Shown: positions 38,885-48,821 of the stretch, piece after piece
Numbering within the stretch: the stretch's first letter is position 1
Layout: each line of letters starts with the position of its first letter
Assembly (NCBI GenBank): GCA_038869515.1
Contig: JAWCQZ010000009.1
Span: forward strand, 856-64,855
Length of the DNA stretch: 64,000 bases
Direction of reading: 5' to 3'
DNA from: Halobacteria archaeon
Lineage (GTDB): Archaea; Halobacteriota; Syntropharchaeia; JACQPP01
The notes under the pieces: model-generated
Databases searched by the model: none
Told to the model about the DNA's origin: nothing
Seen by the model: only the letters and a program-made list of their open reading frames with translations
Program-made: the position numbers and the translations under genes

Positions 38885-39816
38885 GCGCCGAGACCCCGAC
38901 GCCGGAATCCAAAGAGCCCGGGGAGGCCCCGCCCCGCACGCCGCTGATCGCCATGGGGGGCATCCTGGCGGCGACGCTCTTCGGCGCCCTCGCCATGACC
39001 CTCCCGTTCCGCCAGGCGCCCCCCGAGGTCCTCGAGCCCCTCCAGGCCTTCGCCGACCCCTCCAGCGCCGCCAACATCGGGTGGATCGTGGCCATCATGC
39101 TCGGCTTCACCCTCCTCTTCCTCGTCCTCATCAAACTGGAGAGAAAGGTCTCCTTCCGCCTCATCCTACTCGGGACCATCGGCCTCATCCTCCACACCGG
39201 CCTCCGCCTCGTGGTCGGGGACCTTCCCGCCGTCGCTGTGGCCGCGGGGCTGGTGGCCCTCCTCTACGGCTACCCGGAGTGGTGGGTCGTGGACGTCGTC
39301 ATGCTCCCGGTCGCCGCCTTCGCGGCGTGGCTCTTCGGCATCAGCCTCGTCCTGCCCCTCGTCCTCGGGCTCCTCGTCGCCCTGGCGGTCTATGACTACC
39401 TCGCGGTCTATCGCACGGGCCACATGATTTCCCTGGCCGAGGGAGTCATGGAACTGAAGGTCCCCATCCTCTTCGTCCTGCCCCGCAAGCCGGGGTTCTC
39501 GTTCCGCGGGCAGACGAAATTCATCGGGGGGGACGAGGCGTTCTACATGGGCCTGGGGGACGCCATCATCCCGGGAATGCTCGCGGTGACGGCCAACATG
39601 CCGAACGTGAACCCCGGCCTCGAGGCGGCTCCGGCGCTCGGGGGGTTCGCCACCCTCCCCGCCCTCGGCGCCGCCCTCGGGACCCTCGCGGGCTTCGCCC
39701 TCCTCAGCCGCTACGTGGGGCGCGGCAAGCCCCACGCGGGGCTGCCGTTCCTCAACTCGGGAGCCATCGCGGGGTTCTTCATCGGCGCCGCGGCCGTTGG
39801 GGTCCGGCCGTTCTGA
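38881..39816 (+). CDS. Presenilin-family intramembrane aspartyl protease (PSH)
   Basis: YD..AVY.T.HM..LAE, GLGD, AGLP.LN. Confidence 0.9.
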   Translation: MSAETPTPESKEPGEAPPRTPLIAMGGILAATLFGALAMTLPFRQAPPEVLEPLQAFADPSSAANIGWIVAIMLGFTLLFLVLIKLERKVSFRLILLGTIGLILHTGLRLVVGDLPAVAVAAGLVALLYGYPEWWVVDVVMLPVAAFAAWLFGISLVLPLVLGLLVALAVYDYLAVYRTGHMISLAEGVMELKVPILFVLPRKPGFSFRGQTKFIGGDEAFYMGLGDAIIPGMLAVTANMPNVNPGLEAAPALGGFATLPALGAALGTLAGFALLSRYVGRGKPHAGLPFLNSGAIAGFFIGAAAVGVRPF

Positions 39817-39855
39817 GCCCCCGAGAACCTTAACCCATCCGCACAACCGGTGACT

Positions 39856-40842
39856 ATGCCCAAGCCCCGGAGCCGCGCGAAAGCGGGCCGCTCGATTGGA
39901 GGGGGCCCGCTCCCGGTCGTGGACTGCGGCGGCACCTGGCTCAAGGGCGCCCGGGTGGACGGGCGCGGGACCCTCGGCGGCCGGGAGCGGAGGCCGACCG
40001 GGGCCCAGCGGGGCGTCGGGACCGTGGCCGAGAACCTGGCGGCGCTCATCCGGGACCTCGCGGGGGGGCGGAAGGTCGCCGCCGCCGGCATCGCCATGCC
40101 GGGCTCCGTGGATGCGGCCCGCGGAATCGTCCACCAGTCCCCCAACTTCCCCGGAGTCCGGGAGTTCGGCCTCGGGCCCCTCCTGGCGACGAAGGTGGGG
40201 GGGAAGGTGGTCGTGGAGAACGACGCGAAGGCCTACGCCATCGGCGAGATGTGGAAGGGGGCGGCGCGGCCCTACCGCTCCTTCCTCTGCCTCACCCTCG
40301 GGACGGGGCTCGGCGGGGCGGCCATCCTCGACGGCCGCCTCTGGCGCGGCGTCCACAACATGGCGGGCGAACTTGGCCACACCCCGCTCCACGCCGACGG
40401 CCCCCCCTGCACCTGCGGGAGCCGGGGGTGCCTCGAGGTCTACGCGAGCGCCCGCGGGCTCCAGCGCGCGTTCGAGACGGCCAAGGCGGACGGCAAGAGG
40501 ACTTCCATTGAGGCGGCGGAGCCGACCCCCGAAGAGATGGCCCGGGCTGCCCGGGAAGGGGACCCGGCGGCGCGGGAGGCGTGGGAGGCCCTGGGCCGGA
40601 GGCTCGGCGCGGGAATCGCCGGACTTCTCAACGCCTTCGACGTGGAGGCGGTCGTCGTCGGCGGCGGACTCTCGACCGGGTGGGACCTCTTCGGCGAGTC
40701 GGCCCGCCAGCAGGTCGGGGCCCGGGCCTTCCGCCTGGTGGCGGAGAAGGCGCTCATCGTGCCGGCGGAACTGGGCGACGACGCGGGGGTCATCGGGATG
40801 GCGCGGCTGGCGCGGGCGAGGCTTGAGGGAAGGCCGCTCTGA
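39856..40842 (+). CDS. ROK-family sugar kinase
   Basis: D.GGT, END, LGTGLGG, GELGH, CTCG.RGCLE, AGVIG. Confidence 0.92.
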   Translation: MPKPRSRAKAGRSIGGGPLPVVDCGGTWLKGARVDGRGTLGGRERRPTGAQRGVGTVAENLAALIRDLAGGRKVAAAGIAMPGSVDAARGIVHQSPNFPGVREFGLGPLLATKVGGKVVVENDAKAYAIGEMWKGAARPYRSFLCLTLGTGLGGAAILDGRLWRGVHNMAGELGHTPLHADGPPCTCGSRGCLEVYASARGLQRAFETAKADGKRTSIEAAEPTPEEMARAAREGDPAAREAWEALGRRLGAGIAGLLNAFDVEAVVVGGGLSTGWDLFGESARQQVGARAFRLVAEKALIVPAELGDDAGVIGMARLARARLEGRPL

Positions 40843-41349
40843 GCCCCACAAATCATTGCCGGGTGCGCTCGCGCCACATTCCCTCCACCCGCGGGTGGAC
40901 CCTGCACGCTATGGCCACCCCGGTGGGCGGGGGCTCGTCCTTCGACAGTTTCACGGGCTCTTCCACCATGCGCTTCCATCCCCACTTGGAGTAGCGCGCT
41001 TCGGGGCGGTCCCCTAGGTAGGCCAGAATCTTCGCTCGCGCGTCAGCGGTCATGCTCCATCCCCGCCGGAAAAGGCTCGCTCGGCACGGAAAAATGTTTC
41101 CGGGGTGGGTTGGGGTTTCTCAACCGTTCTCCCACGGCACTTTCCGTGACCCCCTTCCCCTGCGCCGGTCCCGCACCAGGTGGGTGGGGGTTGATGGTCT
41201 ACCGATGCCGAAACCGGAGAAATTCATCCTAAACGGTGGTGCGGTCCCTTCCATTTGAACAGAATGGATTGGGGGCCCAGACGCTTCATCGACAAAGTGG
41301 ATTTCCGACAGCCACGACACGCTTAAATATTCGTCACAGACTTTCCTTG

Positions 41350-44139
41350 ATGGGTTTAGTTTGCCTGAATCGAGAATGCCAGAACTCAGAAAGGTTCTCG
41401 CGATTTCACGAGGGGCGGGTCTGCACTACCATTGATCGTGGATCACATTGGGAGTCGACGCCATGGTATCGGTTAGATCAACTTCCACCGGAGGAAAGGG
41501 CGCGCTTCAATGGGAATGGGACGTACTGCCGTAAATGTTGGGCAAAGCTGGAGGAGCTGTACGATAGGAACCCGAGACCCCTTGAGGCTGGCCTCAAGGA
41601 ATGCCACTTGGACCGCCCCCCCCTACCGGACTTCCAGTATAGCTCTGAGGAAATCCTGACCGAATTACAAGAACTCGGTAAGAATGCGGAACCTTTCTTT
41701 CCCATACGAAATTGGAGACCGGATAAAAGTGCCGACAAATCGCGGCAGATTGACCCAAGAAAACTGGACATCCCTCCAGAGGTCATTGGGATCTTCAAGG
41801 AATCTCAAGCGTTTAATATAGATATCGAAAAAGACCTCTACCGACACCAAGCAGAGGCCATCGAGGAGATTATAGCGGGCAAGAACGTTATCATCACTAC
41901 TCCCACCGCCAGTGGCAAATCCCTTTGCTACCTTGTCCCAATTCTCAAATCAATCGTCCAGAACAAACCCGCAAAGGCACTCTTCATTTTTCCGACGGTT
42001 GCATTGTTACAGGACCAATTTGATAAGGTCATTCAGATTGGATCGAATCAGAGATTTGACGAGGGCAGATTTGCTTATGAAATTTCTGTGGGCAAAACGA
42101 ACGTGGGGGTCGGCATGTATGTCCGCGACACAAGCGAAGGGGCACAGCAGAGAGCAGTCAGAATTAATTCTAGACTTTTGTTCACGACCCCAGACTCTCT
42201 ACATGCCAAAATTCTCCCGTATATTGGGCCAACCAAAAAAACTGGCGGGGCTAAATTCGTTCACTTTTTCAAGGACCTACGTTTCGTTGTTTTGGATGAT
42301 GTACATGTGTACAGAGGGGTATTCGGAGCCAACGTCGCATATTTAATGAGGCGCCTTAGACTAATCTGCGAAAAGCTAGGAAATAACAAACTTCAATTCA
42401 TACTCACCTCAGCAACAATCAGAAATCCTCTCGAGCATTCCAAGAACATCGTAGGCCTAGAGTGTGCTCTAGTCGACCGGGATGGCTCGGCAGATTACCG
42501 GAAGGATTTCGTTCTTTGGAATCCCGGAAAGCAAAAGGGAAGCAATGTTAGAAGGGAACCGCAGTCAGAGGCGTTGGAGATGCTGAAAGGGGCACTCTAC
42601 TCGAAAAACAAATCCCCCTCCGTGATAGTATTTCTTCGTTCAATCAAAGCAGTGGAGAGCTTCAACGAGAAATTCAGTAAGATTCGCGGGTTACAGACGT
42701 ACGGTCATTGTGGAGTTTATCACGCGATATTGTCAGGTAAAGATCGAAGGATGCGACAGGACCAGATTAAATCGAGGCAGGTCATTTTAGTCTCTGCCAC
42801 GAGTGCTCTTGAACTGGGAATCGATATAGGTAATCTGGCGTGCTGTGTGATGGTAGGATTTCCAGGAACGGTCGCGAGTACTCTCCAGAGAGCGGGCCGA
42901 GTTGGGCGTGGCGGCGACGGAACCGTTATCCTCGTTCTCGGCGATAATCCGCTTGAGCAACATCTTGCTCGGAATCCAGACTATTTTTTTCAGAAGCTGA
43001 AACAGCCCGAGGAGGTTCGGATTCCACTCGCGAACAAAAATCTGATTAAGACCCACCTCCTCTGCCATTTGGCCGAAAGCAAATACCTAGTCGAAGAACT
43101 TGGCGTTTCATACGCCGCACAAGCCGATTTCGGCAAATACTTCGGGACTCAGTCGCTGCGTTTGTACGATGAACTCCTCGACGAGAACAGTGTGAACAAA
43201 AAAAATTTTCGGACTATGCTGTGGCGCCCTAAGCTTGCTGATAATTACTCTAATATCTTCTACACGCTTCGGGCCGTGGCCGGTAAGGAAAGATTTACAT
43301 TAAAAGCCGAAGGTGGTGATGAAGCGGGAATTGTGGATGAAGCAAGGGCAGGCATTTTCTTCCATGAAGGTGCCGTATGGCTTCACGATGGTCAGTGGTA
43401 CAGAAGTGAAGGTCTGAACTACACGCGTCGGGAGATTCGCTTAAAAACACTCAAGGATGAGCCAGATTGCGAGACTTTCGCAGTCCCAGAGTTCAAAGTC
43501 AAATTTTTAAATGGCGCACGGTCATTCGAGAGTAAAACGGGTCTTTTCAGATTTAGGCAAGGGCCGCTAACCGCTACGCGTAGTGTCAATCGATATTTCA
43601 TCCGTCCTTTGCACAAGAGTGGCGCATCCGTCAAAAGCACAGTCGGATACCTAAGGAATGGAGCCGTAAGGCCCATTCGCTTCGAGACTGAGGGTTTTGG
43701 CATCTCTGTGACCGAGAAAGGTATGCGGGAGTTCCTCATAAAAAGATCAACCTCACCATCTTTGCAGAGTCCTGACCCTACCTATTTTGAAGAACCAATC
43801 CATGGCGTCGAGCACGCAGTATCAACAATCCTGCCCTTGCGGGCCCAATGTGACATCAATGACATCTTTGCAATCTCGTCGAAAGAAGAGGAGGCATGTG
43901 ATGGCCTCCCATCTGTAATCATTTTCGATGGCCATGATGGTGGCTTGGGTATCGCGAAGCAAGCCCTAGATGATTTCCATCCATTAATCGGGGAAACTTT
44001 ACAGTTTATAAAATCCTGTCAATGTAAGGAGGGTTGCCCGGATTGCTTACATCTTCCGAAATGTGAGCGGCAGAACGTAGAAATTGATAAGACCGGTGCG
44101 ATAGTACTTCTAGAGATACTGAGGGAAGAGGCACCTTAA
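41350..44139 (+). CDS. YprA/MrfA/Hrq1-like SF2 helicase with C-terminal DUF1998 Zn domain
   Basis: LYRHQ, TPTASGKS, LDDVH.YRGVFG, SAT, TSALELGIDIG, QRAGRVGR, D...GG.G, CQCKEGCPDC; lower GC. Confidence 0.9.
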   Translation: MGLVCLNRECQNSERFSRFHEGRVCTTIDRGSHWESTPWYRLDQLPPEERARFNGNGTYCRKCWAKLEELYDRNPRPLEAGLKECHLDRPPLPDFQYSSEEILTELQELGKNAEPFFPIRNWRPDKSADKSRQIDPRKLDIPPEVIGIFKESQAFNIDIEKDLYRHQAEAIEEIIAGKNVIITTPTASGKSLCYLVPILKSIVQNKPAKALFIFPTVALLQDQFDKVIQIGSNQRFDEGRFAYEISVGKTNVGVGMYVRDTSEGAQQRAVRINSRLLFTTPDSLHAKILPYIGPTKKTGGAKFVHFFKDLRFVVLDDVHVYRGVFGANVAYLMRRLRLICEKLGNNKLQFILTSATIRNPLEHSKNIVGLECALVDRDGSADYRKDFVLWNPGKQKGSNVRREPQSEALEMLKGALYSKNKSPSVIVFLRSIKAVESFNEKFSKIRGLQTYGHCGVYHAILSGKDRRMRQDQIKSRQVILVSATSALELGIDIGNLACCVMVGFPGTVASTLQRAGRVGRGGDGTVILVLGDNPLEQHLARNPDYFFQKLKQPEEVRIPLANKNLIKTHLLCHLAESKYLVEELGVSYAAQADFGKYFGTQSLRLYDELLDENSVNKKNFRTMLWRPKLADNYSNIFYTLRAVAGKERFTLKAEGGDEAGIVDEARAGIFFHEGAVWLHDGQWYRSEGLNYTRREIRLKTLKDEPDCETFAVPEFKVKFLNGARSFESKTGLFRFRQGPLTATRSVNRYFIRPLHKSGASVKSTVGYLRNGAVRPIRFETEGFGISVTEKGMREFLIKRSTSPSLQSPDPTYFEEPIHGVEHAVSTILPLRAQCDINDIFAISSKEEEACDGLPSVIIFDGHDGGLGIAKQALDDFHPLIGETLQFIKSCQCKEGCPDCLHLPKCERQNVEIDKTGAIVLLEILREEAP

Positions 44140-44771
44140 TGGTGGTAATAAATACGCCTAGATCTGAGGATTTGGAGTGGGTCTTTCAGGGTAACTGGAC
44201 AAGGGGAATTATCTGCTCCCCGTGGATTCCGAGTCCAGGGGTTCAGTTATGCGAGCGTCTTTTGATTCGGTCTACATCTAACGCTACGCCACGAACTTTG
44301 ATGCTATGGTTCCGCATAGCACCCGAAGATGTGATTGAGGGTCAATATACGGACGCGATCGGTTTGTACAAACTGCTTAGCAAGATTAAAAAAGAGAGTC
44401 CAGATACCCAAATCATTTTAAAAACTGCTGTGCGGCTTCATGCTAAAATATATGCTACGAATGAACGTGCATACATTGCCTCCGCTAACCTCTCTAGTCC
44501 TGGTTTTAGTTTGAATAAAGACAATCGAAACGTCGAAATAGGAATGAGGCTGGAGTCCGTGGTGGATGTTCGCGAACTATGGAGCTTCATCGAAAAGGCC
44601 GAGTCCGAAATGGAGGACCTTCCCAAGCAAGCCCTCGCCTCCATCGCGAAAGTGTTGATGGCATCCGATGTGCAAAAAGAGATTCACGCGATTAGCCAGA
44701 GAATCAGATCGACTCAAGAAAAACTTAAAAAGAGTTTCGAGATGCCGCATCATCATATTCCTCTTCGTTGA
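44139..44771 (+). CDS. Phospholipase D-family (single HxK) nuclease
   Basis: ICSPWI, LHAKIY, IASANLS, N.E.G; TAATG coupling to the helicase. Confidence 0.85.
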   Translation: MVVINTPRSEDLEWVFQGNWTRGIICSPWIPSPGVQLCERLLIRSTSNATPRTLMLWFRIAPEDVIEGQYTDAIGLYKLLSKIKKESPDTQIILKTAVRLHAKIYATNERAYIASANLSSPGFSLNKDNRNVEIGMRLESVVDVRELWSFIEKAESEMEDLPKQALASIAKVLMASDVQKEIHAISQRIRSTQEKLKKSFEMPHHHIPLR

Positions 44772-44815
44772 AGGAGTCCATTGCTTTCACACTCCAAGGC
44801 AATCACCACACGTGA

Positions 44816-44911
44816 ACCAAGTCGGCGCCGCGGGAGCGAGTCGTCGTGTTCGATGAGGCACAACGCGTGTGGAATCCTTTTTCCCAAAGTCGGAGCCAAC
44901 GATGATACTCT
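44816..44911 (+). pseudogene. Short relic of a DUF2075-like helicase
   Basis: Translates to PRERVVVFDEAQRVW, then KSEP in a shifted frame; no start codon. Confidence 0.4.
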
Positions 44912-44938
44912 TTGGAGGTCTTAAAGCGCGCTTTAGCA

Positions 44939-45721
44939 TCAAACCCCTTCCCCAATCGCCGCAATGTGCCTCCCCGCCTCGGTTATCGAAATCCGGTTGT
45001 ATTTCCCCTCCCTCTTGACCTCGATATACCCCGCATCCTCCAACTTCTCCAGTATCCCCTTCGACAGTTTCATCAGGTAGTTGATTCAGTCTCCCCGCTC
45101 CATTTCCTTGTACTCCTGCCCGAATCCCTCCACCTTCTCTTCCCGCAGAAATTCAAGCAGGTCGAGCGTGCTCATCGGCCTCTTCTCTCCGTTGAGTTTG
45201 CCCAGCACCTTCATCCCCCGTGAGTCCGGCAGCTCGAACTTGAAGTTCTTCAGGACTGTGAACTCCCCGCTCCTGCAGATGGTCTGCCCGAACTCCTTCT
45301 CCTGTTTCTTGTTCGGGAAGTAGTCGTCCCCCTTCACGTAGTAGACCTGGCACCCGTGGGCCATCCCGGCGAGGGTGGCCGCGATGGAGGTGAGCCGCCC
45401 GGCGGACGACATGTTGACGTGGACCTCGTTTCCTGCCGCCTTTTCCATCCGGATGAGCCGGCTGACCTTCTCCATCCCCTCCCGGAGGTCGAAGAGGTTC
45501 AGGTCGACCCGCTCCGCCTTGATGCCCAGGGCCTCCAGCCGTCGGGCGGTCTCCCGGACGCAGTGCGCGCCCTTCTGCTCGAGCCTGTCCCGGGAGCCCG
45601 GGGGAGGCTCCCGCATGGTGAGGATGTAGGCCCGGTGGGCGAAGAGCCGCCTCTTCTCGAAGGGGGCGGTGGCCCGCGAGATCTCGAACCCGAGGGGGAT
45701 GATGTGGACCTGCTCCTGCAT
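44939..45721 (-). pseudogene. CARF-like (DUF6293/HFX_2341/Csa3-like) + wHTH transcriptional regulator with in-frame TGA at 45086-45088
   Basis: VHIIPLGFE, V.VNMSSAGRL, YYV; reading continues past the TGA as INYLMKLSKGILEKLEDAGYIEVKREGKYNRISITEAGR (wHTH wing). Confidence 0.8.
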
Positions 45722-45765
45722 GCGTTGACATGATAAAGATGTTAAATCATAAGAACTTATCCATA
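45722..45765. promoter_or_regulatory. AT-rich divergent promoter with two palindromes
   Basis: ATGAT-N11-ATCAT (45730-45750) and ATAAG-AA-CTTAT (45749-45760) between divergent starts. Confidence 0.55.
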
Positions 45766-45784
45766 CCCCCGGCGAGGGTGGTTG

Positions 45785-46012
45785 ATGGCGCCCAACATGG
45801 AACTCCGCCAACCCCCCCGGGCCGGCCTGTCGAGTGAGGAGGACGGGCCGCCCCTCTTCGACAGCATAGTGGCCTTCACCGGGGGCTTCCTCGCGGGCTA
45901 CGCCATCGGGAACCACACCTTCGGCGGGAAGGGGGACAGGCAGGACGGCTGCTGTGCGGGCTCCTCGGCCTTCGTGGTCGTGGCCTTGCTGATTCTGGCG
46001 GTGCTGCTATGA
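45785..46012 (+). CDS. Small membrane protein
   Basis: GAGGGTG SD-like motif; Gly-rich hydrophobic segment and C-terminal TM. Confidence 0.55.
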   Translation: MAPNMELRQPPRAGLSSEEDGPPLFDSIVAFTGGFLAGYAIGNHTFGGKGDRQDGCCAGSSAFVVVALLILAVLL

Positions 46013-46064
46013 CCCCCATCCGACCCCCAAGGGGACCCCGGCCGCCCACCCCTGGAGGCGACCC

Positions 46065-46496
46065 ATGACTGCGGTCCCCGACAAGGGGCTCATCCGGAGC
46101 CAGGCCGCGGTGTTCCGCCTCCTCGGCCACCACAAGCGGCTCAAATTGGCCCACCTCTGCGCCCAGGTCCTGCGGGAGGGCAGGGACGCCTTCGCCAGCA
46201 AGCACGAGATGGTCCGGGAGTACAACCGCCTCTTCCGCGAGGGGGCCAGCCTCAACGACCTGAACTACGACATCGAGCGCTTGGTCAGGGGCGGCCTCCT
46301 AGAGAGGCGGGAGAGGCGCGGCCTCAACCCCGCGAACCGGAGCGTTCGGCTGGGAGTCCGAAGGGAGAGGGTGGAGTCGCTCCCCCTCGACTACGAGCCC
46401 CCCGCTGAGGAGGCCAAGGGGGCGAAGGCCGATGCGATTCCGGTGGAGGGCTTTCCCGCCGCCGGGGTGGTCTCCGGGTCTGGGATGGCGCCATGA
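46065..46496 (+). CDS. Putative winged-helix DNA-binding protein
   Basis: VFRLLGH.KRLKL (ArsR-like), L.YDIERL.RGGLLERR; GGAGG SD. Confidence 0.6.
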   Translation: MTAVPDKGLIRSQAAVFRLLGHHKRLKLAHLCAQVLREGRDAFASKHEMVREYNRLFREGASLNDLNYDIERLVRGGLLERRERRGLNPANRSVRLGVRRERVESLPLDYEPPAEEAKGAKADAIPVEGFPAAGVVSGSGMAP

Positions 46497-46720
46497 GCCA
46501 GGAGCACCTCGACTACTGGACCCGGAAGCGGCTGGCCCGACAGTCCATGTACGGTTCTTCCTACCGGCGCAAGGGCCACCGCTGCCTCCACTGCGGGATG
46601 GGCCGCAGGCTCACCCGCCACCACCTCAAGAGATACGGCGAGAGGACCGGGAGGACCGTCATCCTCTGCCGCCCCTGCCACGACGCGGTTCACGGGATGG
46701 GGCCGGGGAGGCGGGGCTGA
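46493..46720 (+). CDS. Minimal HNH-like / Zn-binding endonuclease
   Basis: CLHCG....LTRHH ... LCRPCHDAVH; ATGA overlap. Confidence 0.7.
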   Translation: MSQEHLDYWTRKRLARQSMYGSSYRRKGHRCLHCGMGRRLTRHHLKRYGERTGRTVILCRPCHDAVHGMGPGRRG

Positions 46721-47790
46721 TGGGAAGGAACGGCTCCAACGCAAAGCGGAGGCTCGTGGTGCTCAAGGAGTTGTACGCGAGGGCAATGGAGCGGGAGCAG
46801 AGGGCGAAGACCGCGCAGGGAAGGCGGGCCTGGAGGAGTGTCCAGGCGTGGCTCGAAGAGGTCCACTTCCAGCGCGGGGCCCACCGTAAACCGGGCCGCC
46901 AGAGGCGGGATCCCCTCAAGCCTCTCCGGAAAGTCGCGCTCATCCGTCTGCCCATAGTCGGGATGGCCGACGTGGTCCTGCCGGAGAAGACACGGAAGCG
47001 GGTGATAGAGCTGCAGAAGGTCCTCCAGAGAAGGGGCGAGTTCCAGTCCCTTGGATTCGGAAACCTCCAGGCCAAGTCCATGACCGCCCTCTTCTCGGGT
47101 CCATCCGGGACCGGGAAGACAGTCACGGCTGAGGCTCTTGCGCGCGAACTCAATCTCCCCTTCTGCACCGTCGACTACAGCCAAGTGGAGGACTGCTACT
47201 ACGGGGAGACCGAGAAGAAGATCGCCTCCCTCTTCCGCACCGCCTCCAAGGCGGGTGCACTCCTGTTTTTCGACGAAGCGGATGCGATGCTCTCGCGGCG
47301 GACATCGGTCGGGGATAACGACCGATTCCAAAGCGAGCGGGGGATGAACGGCATCGTCAACGCCGTGCTCCAGGAGTTGGACCGATTCCGGGGCATCGCT
47401 GTCTTCTCCACCAACTGGAGCTTGAACTTGGACCCGGCATTCGAGCGGAGGCTCCAGTTCAAGATCTTCTTCGACCCACCGGGCCCCGCTGAAAGGCTCG
47501 CCCTCTGGAAGGGGCTCCTCCCGGAGAAACTGGCCCTCGCCCCGGACGTCGACCTCAAGGCGGTCTCGGACCGCCACGAACTCACGGGAGGGCAGATACG
47601 GAACGTCGCGAGGAGCGCGGCCCTCAAGGCCTTCCTGGAGACCGAGGCCGGCAAACCCGTCACCCTCGCGGCCCGCCACGTGGAGGAGGCGCTGCGGGAG
47701 GAGTTGGAGGAGGGCAAGAAGGCCTTCGAATTCGGCCTCTCAAGCGACCTCTACAGCTTCGGCCAGCCGGTGGAGAGGGGGTACGACTGA
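46720..47790 (+). CDS. AAA+ ATPase (SpoVK/Vps4-like, similar motif set to Afp15/Pvc15-type)
   Basis: GPSGTGKT, YGETEK, FFDEAD, STN, LDPAFERR, LTGGQIRN; TGATG coupling. Confidence 0.88.
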   Translation: MGRNGSNAKRRLVVLKELYARAMEREQRAKTAQGRRAWRSVQAWLEEVHFQRGAHRKPGRQRRDPLKPLRKVALIRLPIVGMADVVLPEKTRKRVIELQKVLQRRGEFQSLGFGNLQAKSMTALFSGPSGTGKTVTAEALARELNLPFCTVDYSQVEDCYYGETEKKIASLFRTASKAGALLFFDEADAMLSRRTSVGDNDRFQSERGMNGIVNAVLQELDRFRGIAVFSTNWSLNLDPAFERRLQFKIFFDPPGPAERLALWKGLLPEKLALAPDVDLKAVSDRHELTGGQIRNVARSAALKAFLETEAGKPVTLAARHVEEALREELEEGKKAFEFGLSSDLYSFGQPVERGYD

Positions 47791-47858
47791 CGCCATGCTC
47801 CGCATATCGGAGGCCCTCCGAGTCGTCGGCATGAGCCGGTTGGAGGGGGTCTGAGTGC

Positions 47859-48821
47859 ATGGTAGGCGGGGATGGATGCCGGGTGGCCCTTGGGCCGGCC
47901 ATCGCGCTGGCCGCAATCGCCGCATCCGCCATCCAGCAGAACTGGGAGGCCGTCCTGCCGGTCCTCTACTGGTCGGGGTTCGTCCTGGCGGTCGTCGGTG
48001 CCCTGTTCGCCGCCTGGTTCATCTTCGATGTGTTTCTGGGAGTGGCCGAGCTCCTTTTCTGGGTCTGGCCCCTCGCCGCCCTGTTCGCCTCCATCGGGTG
48101 GTTCTGGGCCACGGGGTTCGGGGCGGCCCTTCTGGCCATATTCTTCTGGGTGGCCGTCGCAGGATCGGTGGCGCTGGTGCTCTTGGGGCTGCTCCTTCTC
48201 GAAGAAGCAGGGCGAGCCCGGGTCCCGCCGGACGCTTGGCTCTCCGTCCCGTCCCTGGTCCTCTTCGCCTGGTTCCCGGGAACCGGCTGGTTCTTCGGGA
48301 TTCCACCCCTTCTGTCGGTGCTCTACCGGCTGTTCCGCCACCTGTCGCACCACGGGTTCAACGCCCCCTTCCCTGCGGAGGGTTTCTGGACCCACGTGGG
48401 CGACTCTGGGGGCAGGTGCGACTGCGGGATGTGCTCCGCCCGGAGAAGCTCGAGAGGCCAGCGCACGGCCCCGCCGCCCCCTCCTCCGCCCTACGACTAC
48501 GTCTGGGTGGGGAGTGAAGGCCGCGAGTCCCGCGGGGGCGCCGAGGATGGGCCACCAAGATACGGCAGGCAGGGTTCCGGTTACGGGGGACCCCGCGAGC
48601 CTTCGCCTCCTCCGCCTCGCAGCCCGACCCGGGCGACGGGAGGTCCCGACCGGGAGCCCCGGGACAAAGCGGAGGCCATCGAGATGGCGAGGGGATGGGT
48701 CGCAAATGGAGAGCGGGGTCGGGCCGCGAAAATCCTCCTGAAGGCGGGCTACACGGCCCAGGAGATCGCCGCCATGATGGAGGTCTTGGCCCGCGAGGAG
48801 CCGCCGGGGGGATATGCGTGA
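47859..48821 (+). CDS. Multi-TM membrane protein with CDCGMC motif, Pro-rich linker and small helical C-terminal domain
   Basis: Long hydrophobic N-terminal half; H..CDCGMC; GTGATG coupling to the next gene. Confidence 0.6.
   Translation: MVGGDGCRVALGPAIALAAIAASAIQQNWEAVLPVLYWSGFVLAVVGALFAAWFIFDVFLGVAELLFWVWPLAALFASIGWFWATGFGAALLAIFFWVAVAGSVALVLLGLLLLEEAGRARVPPDAWLSVPSLVLFAWFPGTGWFFGIPPLLSVLYRLFRHLSHHGFNAPFPAEGFWTHVGDSGGRCDCGMCSARRSSRGQRTAPPPPPPPYDYVWVGSEGRESRGGAEDGPPRYGRQGSGYGGPREPSPPPPRSPTRATGGPDREPRDKAEAIEMARGWVANGERGRAAKILLKAGYTAQEIAAMMEVLAREEPPGGYA

Noticed and set aside
40853-41053. 66-aa minus-strand ORF at the island boundary
   Set aside because: No recognisable domain and partly made of palindromic sequence; may be a gene remnant but cannot be supported
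45086-45088. Selenocysteine or genome-wide TGA recoding
   Set aside because: TGA is the normal stop for many genes here, the position is not a Cys-type site, and no SECIS was recognised
46720-47790. Contractile injection system (eCIS) locus, suggested by the ATPase type
   Set aside because: No sheath, tube, baseplate or spike genes nearby
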